A DNA stretch of 64,000 nt, from NCBI GenBank assembly GCA_002269645.1, contig NIVC01001052.1:62001-126000 (forward strand). The letters are read 5' to 3'. Below the pieces are notes generated by a model. It made no database searches. It saw only the letters and a list, made by a program, of their open reading frames with translations, and had not been told where the DNA came from. Position 1 is the first letter of the stretch, and the number at the start of each line of letters is the position of its first letter. Made by a program: the position numbers and the translations under genes. The DNA comes from Macrostomum lignano (lineage: Eukaryota). This document shows positions 61,750-64,000 of the stretch, in pieces.

Positions 61750-64000
61750 CACTGTGAATCAAAAAGGTCCAACGGAGGTCCAAATTTATAATTTGGACTT
61801 TTGTCATCTAGAGGTCCATTTTTATAAAAATGAAAAAAGGCTTTCTATTCCATTAAAAAGCCATGTTTAACTACAATTTGTGTAGCAATTGTTGTATGAT
61901 CAAATTCACGTAATGTTATCAGCAGTAACTGCATCTACAACTGGAATTTGTTTAGGGGACTTGGCTTTCGTTTTTGAAAATAACGAAAGGAAATGTTAGT
62001 GCTAATAACGTCGTGCAAAAACATTTACTGCTATTGATAATATAGTATCTAAGAGTTAGGAGTCTTGGTTAATTAATAATTATGTAATTGTTCTGCATTA
62101 ATATTTTGCCACTGTTATAATGCCTGCATTCAAAAGCAATACATACAGACTGGACAAACCGTCCATTTTTTCCAGCTTTTTTAAACTGATTTGCCCTCCC
62201 TGACGGTAGTGAAGTCAAAGCTTACGTTCACACTTACTTCAGGCCTCTTTAATTAATGTAAAGTCGAATAGATATTAGATATTTTGTCTTAGAAATAGGA
62301 TTTTCATGGAACAGGATGTGGATAGGCATCTTGCTTCTAAATCTAATCATAAGAATAGTGAAATAAGTATAAAATGTACATTTTGTTCATTTTCATGTCA
62401 AAGTATTTTTAAGGTTATATCTCATATTAAGTTTACACATTCATTTGGATGTCACTGTTTTACCTGCCCTATCTTAGATTGTTTTTATAGTAGTGGTTCA
62501 ATAGAAGCTTTAAGAGCTCATGCTTATCGTATGCATAGTCAACTTACTAATGTTGATTCTTATGTTATGTCTAATTTAGAAAATGTTCTGAAAACTGAGG
62601 ATGAAAAAAATGAAACAGTTGAAGTCTGTCCTGATCATTGTCAACCTAGTCTTAGTGGTACCAATGAGCCTAATAATGGCTTAAATGAAGAAAATGAAAG
62701 TATTCCAACAAAAATTCCAGAAAAAATAACATGTGATAGGCCTACCCTTCGAGACAATATAAGAAAAAACCTTGCTAAAAACTTTGTATACTATTATTTC
62801 AAATGTAAAAATGTATTTTTTATTTCTAAAGAAAAGTCTAATCAGTTATGTGAATTGGTAAAAGAAATGGTTTCACAATTTGCTCATGATTATCTTTGCC
62901 TATTTGAACAGTTTTTAAAGGAGGAATATCCATCTTTTAGTAAAAACTTAATTAATAATCAGTTTAATATGCAAGAAATGATTGATATCTCATTAGAATT
63001 TTTATTAACTGATTCAAAGGTCTTTGATATTCTAAAACATCAATATAACTTAGTTCAGCCAATAGAAATTGTCCACCCAGAGACGGGTTCTAAAATCCAA
63101 TATATCCCAATAGCTGAAATGCTTGCTTCAATAATAAAAAATGAACATTTGATGAAATTTTTTGTTGAGCCATGTATCAATAATTGTAACTTTTTTACAT
63201 CAACCTATTTTAAAGAATGTATATCATCATTGGTAACCAGTGACAGTGGGATTTTTTTGAAACTGTACTCAGACGAAATTGAAGTTTGTAATCCAATTGG
63301 ATCAGCCAAGACAAAGCATAAGCTATGTGTTATTTATTATAGTATTCTTAATTTTCCTGAATACTTGAATTCATCATTAGAATTATCTTTCTTGTCAACT
63401 ATTTTTTCTGAGTCTACAATAAAGAAAGCAAGCTTACAATTTTGCTTGTCTCCATTAATTGCTGAGCTTAATGATCTATATTATAAGGAATTTGAAATAA
63501 ATACTTCTTTAACACTGCCTGTTGTGGCTTGCTTTATGACTGGGGATAATCTATCTATGCATCAAATGTTAGGTTTACAGAAATGCTTTTCTAGTGGGTA
63601 TATATGCAGGTTTTGTTATAAGGAATATAGACAGCTTTGTAGTATAGATATTCAATGTTTAGATAAGCTCTTTCAATTTAATTATAGGACCCATTTATCA
63701 AATATCAATGATTCACAACAATTAAACAATGGCTTTGTTAGAAATTCAGCTTTTGAGGGTTTGTCTTATATTGATTTGCAATATTTTTTCCCACCTGATA
63801 TTATGCATGATGATTTGGAAGGATTTTCACATCTGGTTGTGTGTCTTGTACTATTAAATGCTATGGAAAAAAATCATATAAGCATGGAATTTATAAATGA
63901 ACAATTTAGCAAAATTTATGATGTATCACTTCCTAAGCTAAGCAAATATAACATAAAAAACTTTCATTTGCCATGCACTGCTAGTCAAATGATAGTCATC
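61750..64000 (+). mobile_element. CACTA/EnSpm-like (CMC) DNA transposon, left end
   Basis: CACTGT candidate terminus at 61750 followed by GGTCCA/TGGAC subterminal repeats, upstream of a transposase ORF; the right end lies beyond the window. Confidence 0.6.
62306..64000 (+). CDS. CACTA/EnSpm-type transposase with N-terminal C2H2 zinc fingers (open to the window end, at least 565 aa, missing from the ORF track)
   Basis: Manual translation shows no stop. CTFC..HIKFTH and CPILDC..HAYRMH fingers; LYSDEIEVCNPIGSAKTKHKL, GDNLSMHQMLG..CFSSGYICRFC, PPDIMHDDLEG. Confidence 0.88.
   Translation, partial: MEQDVDRHLASKSNHKNSEISIKCTFCSFSCQSIFKVISHIKFTHSFGCHCFTCPILDCFYSSGSIEALRAHAYRMHSQLTNVDSYVMSNLENVLKTEDEKNETVEVCPDHCQPSLSGTNEPNNGLNEENESIPTKIPEKITCDRPTLRDNIRKNLAKNFVYYYFKCKNVFFISKEKSNQLCELVKEMVSQFAHDYLCLFEQFLKEEYPSFSKNLINNQFNMQEMIDISLEFLLTDSKVFDILKHQYNLVQPIEIVHPETGSKIQYIPIAEMLASIIKNEHLMKFFVEPCINNCNFFTSTYFKECISSLVTSDSGIFLKLYSDEIEVCNPIGSAKTKHKLCVIYYSILNFPEYLNSSLELSFLSTIFSESTIKKASLQFCLSPLIAELNDLYYKEFEINTSLTLPVVACFMTGDNLSMHQMLGLQKCFSSGYICRFCYKEYRQLCSIDIQCLDKLFQFNYRTHLSNINDSQQLNNGFVRNSAFEGLSYIDLQYFFPPDIMHDDLEGFSHLVVCLVLLNAMEKNHISMEFINEQFSKIYDVSLPKLSKYNIKNFHLPCTASQMIVI

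Overview
This is eukaryotic (animal) genomic DNA. It has GC-rich spliced exons, GT-AG introns and very abundant locus-specific minisatellites, a style consistent with a free-living flatworm such as Macrostomum (inference only). The first half (about 3-33 kb) is gene-rich and holds five genes reconstructable from splice sites: a nicotinic acetylcholine receptor alpha subunit (+), THNSL2 (-), SMN (-), an EndoU ribonuclease (+, two apparent 1-nt deletions) and RUNDC1 (-, with a pair of candidate mutually exclusive exons). The second half (about 34-64 kb) is a mobile-element cluster around one TNF-superfamily-like gene: a mariner, a degenerate APE/RNase H non-LTR element, hAT and Mutator-like MITEs, tRNA-derived SINEs, a Penelope fragment with a hammerhead ribozyme, an RT fragment, a Crypton-type tyrosine recombinase and an open CACTA/EnSpm transposase. 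The most striking object is a 6,155-bp Polinton/Maverick-like element (44146-50300) with AGTAGT termini, about 320-bp TIRs and a perfect 6-bp TSD. It encodes a vOTU-containing protein-primed DNA polymerase and adenovirus pX-like core proteins, but no recognisable integrase, capsid, packaging ATPase or maturation protease. All assignments are by motif recognition by eye; no database searches were run.
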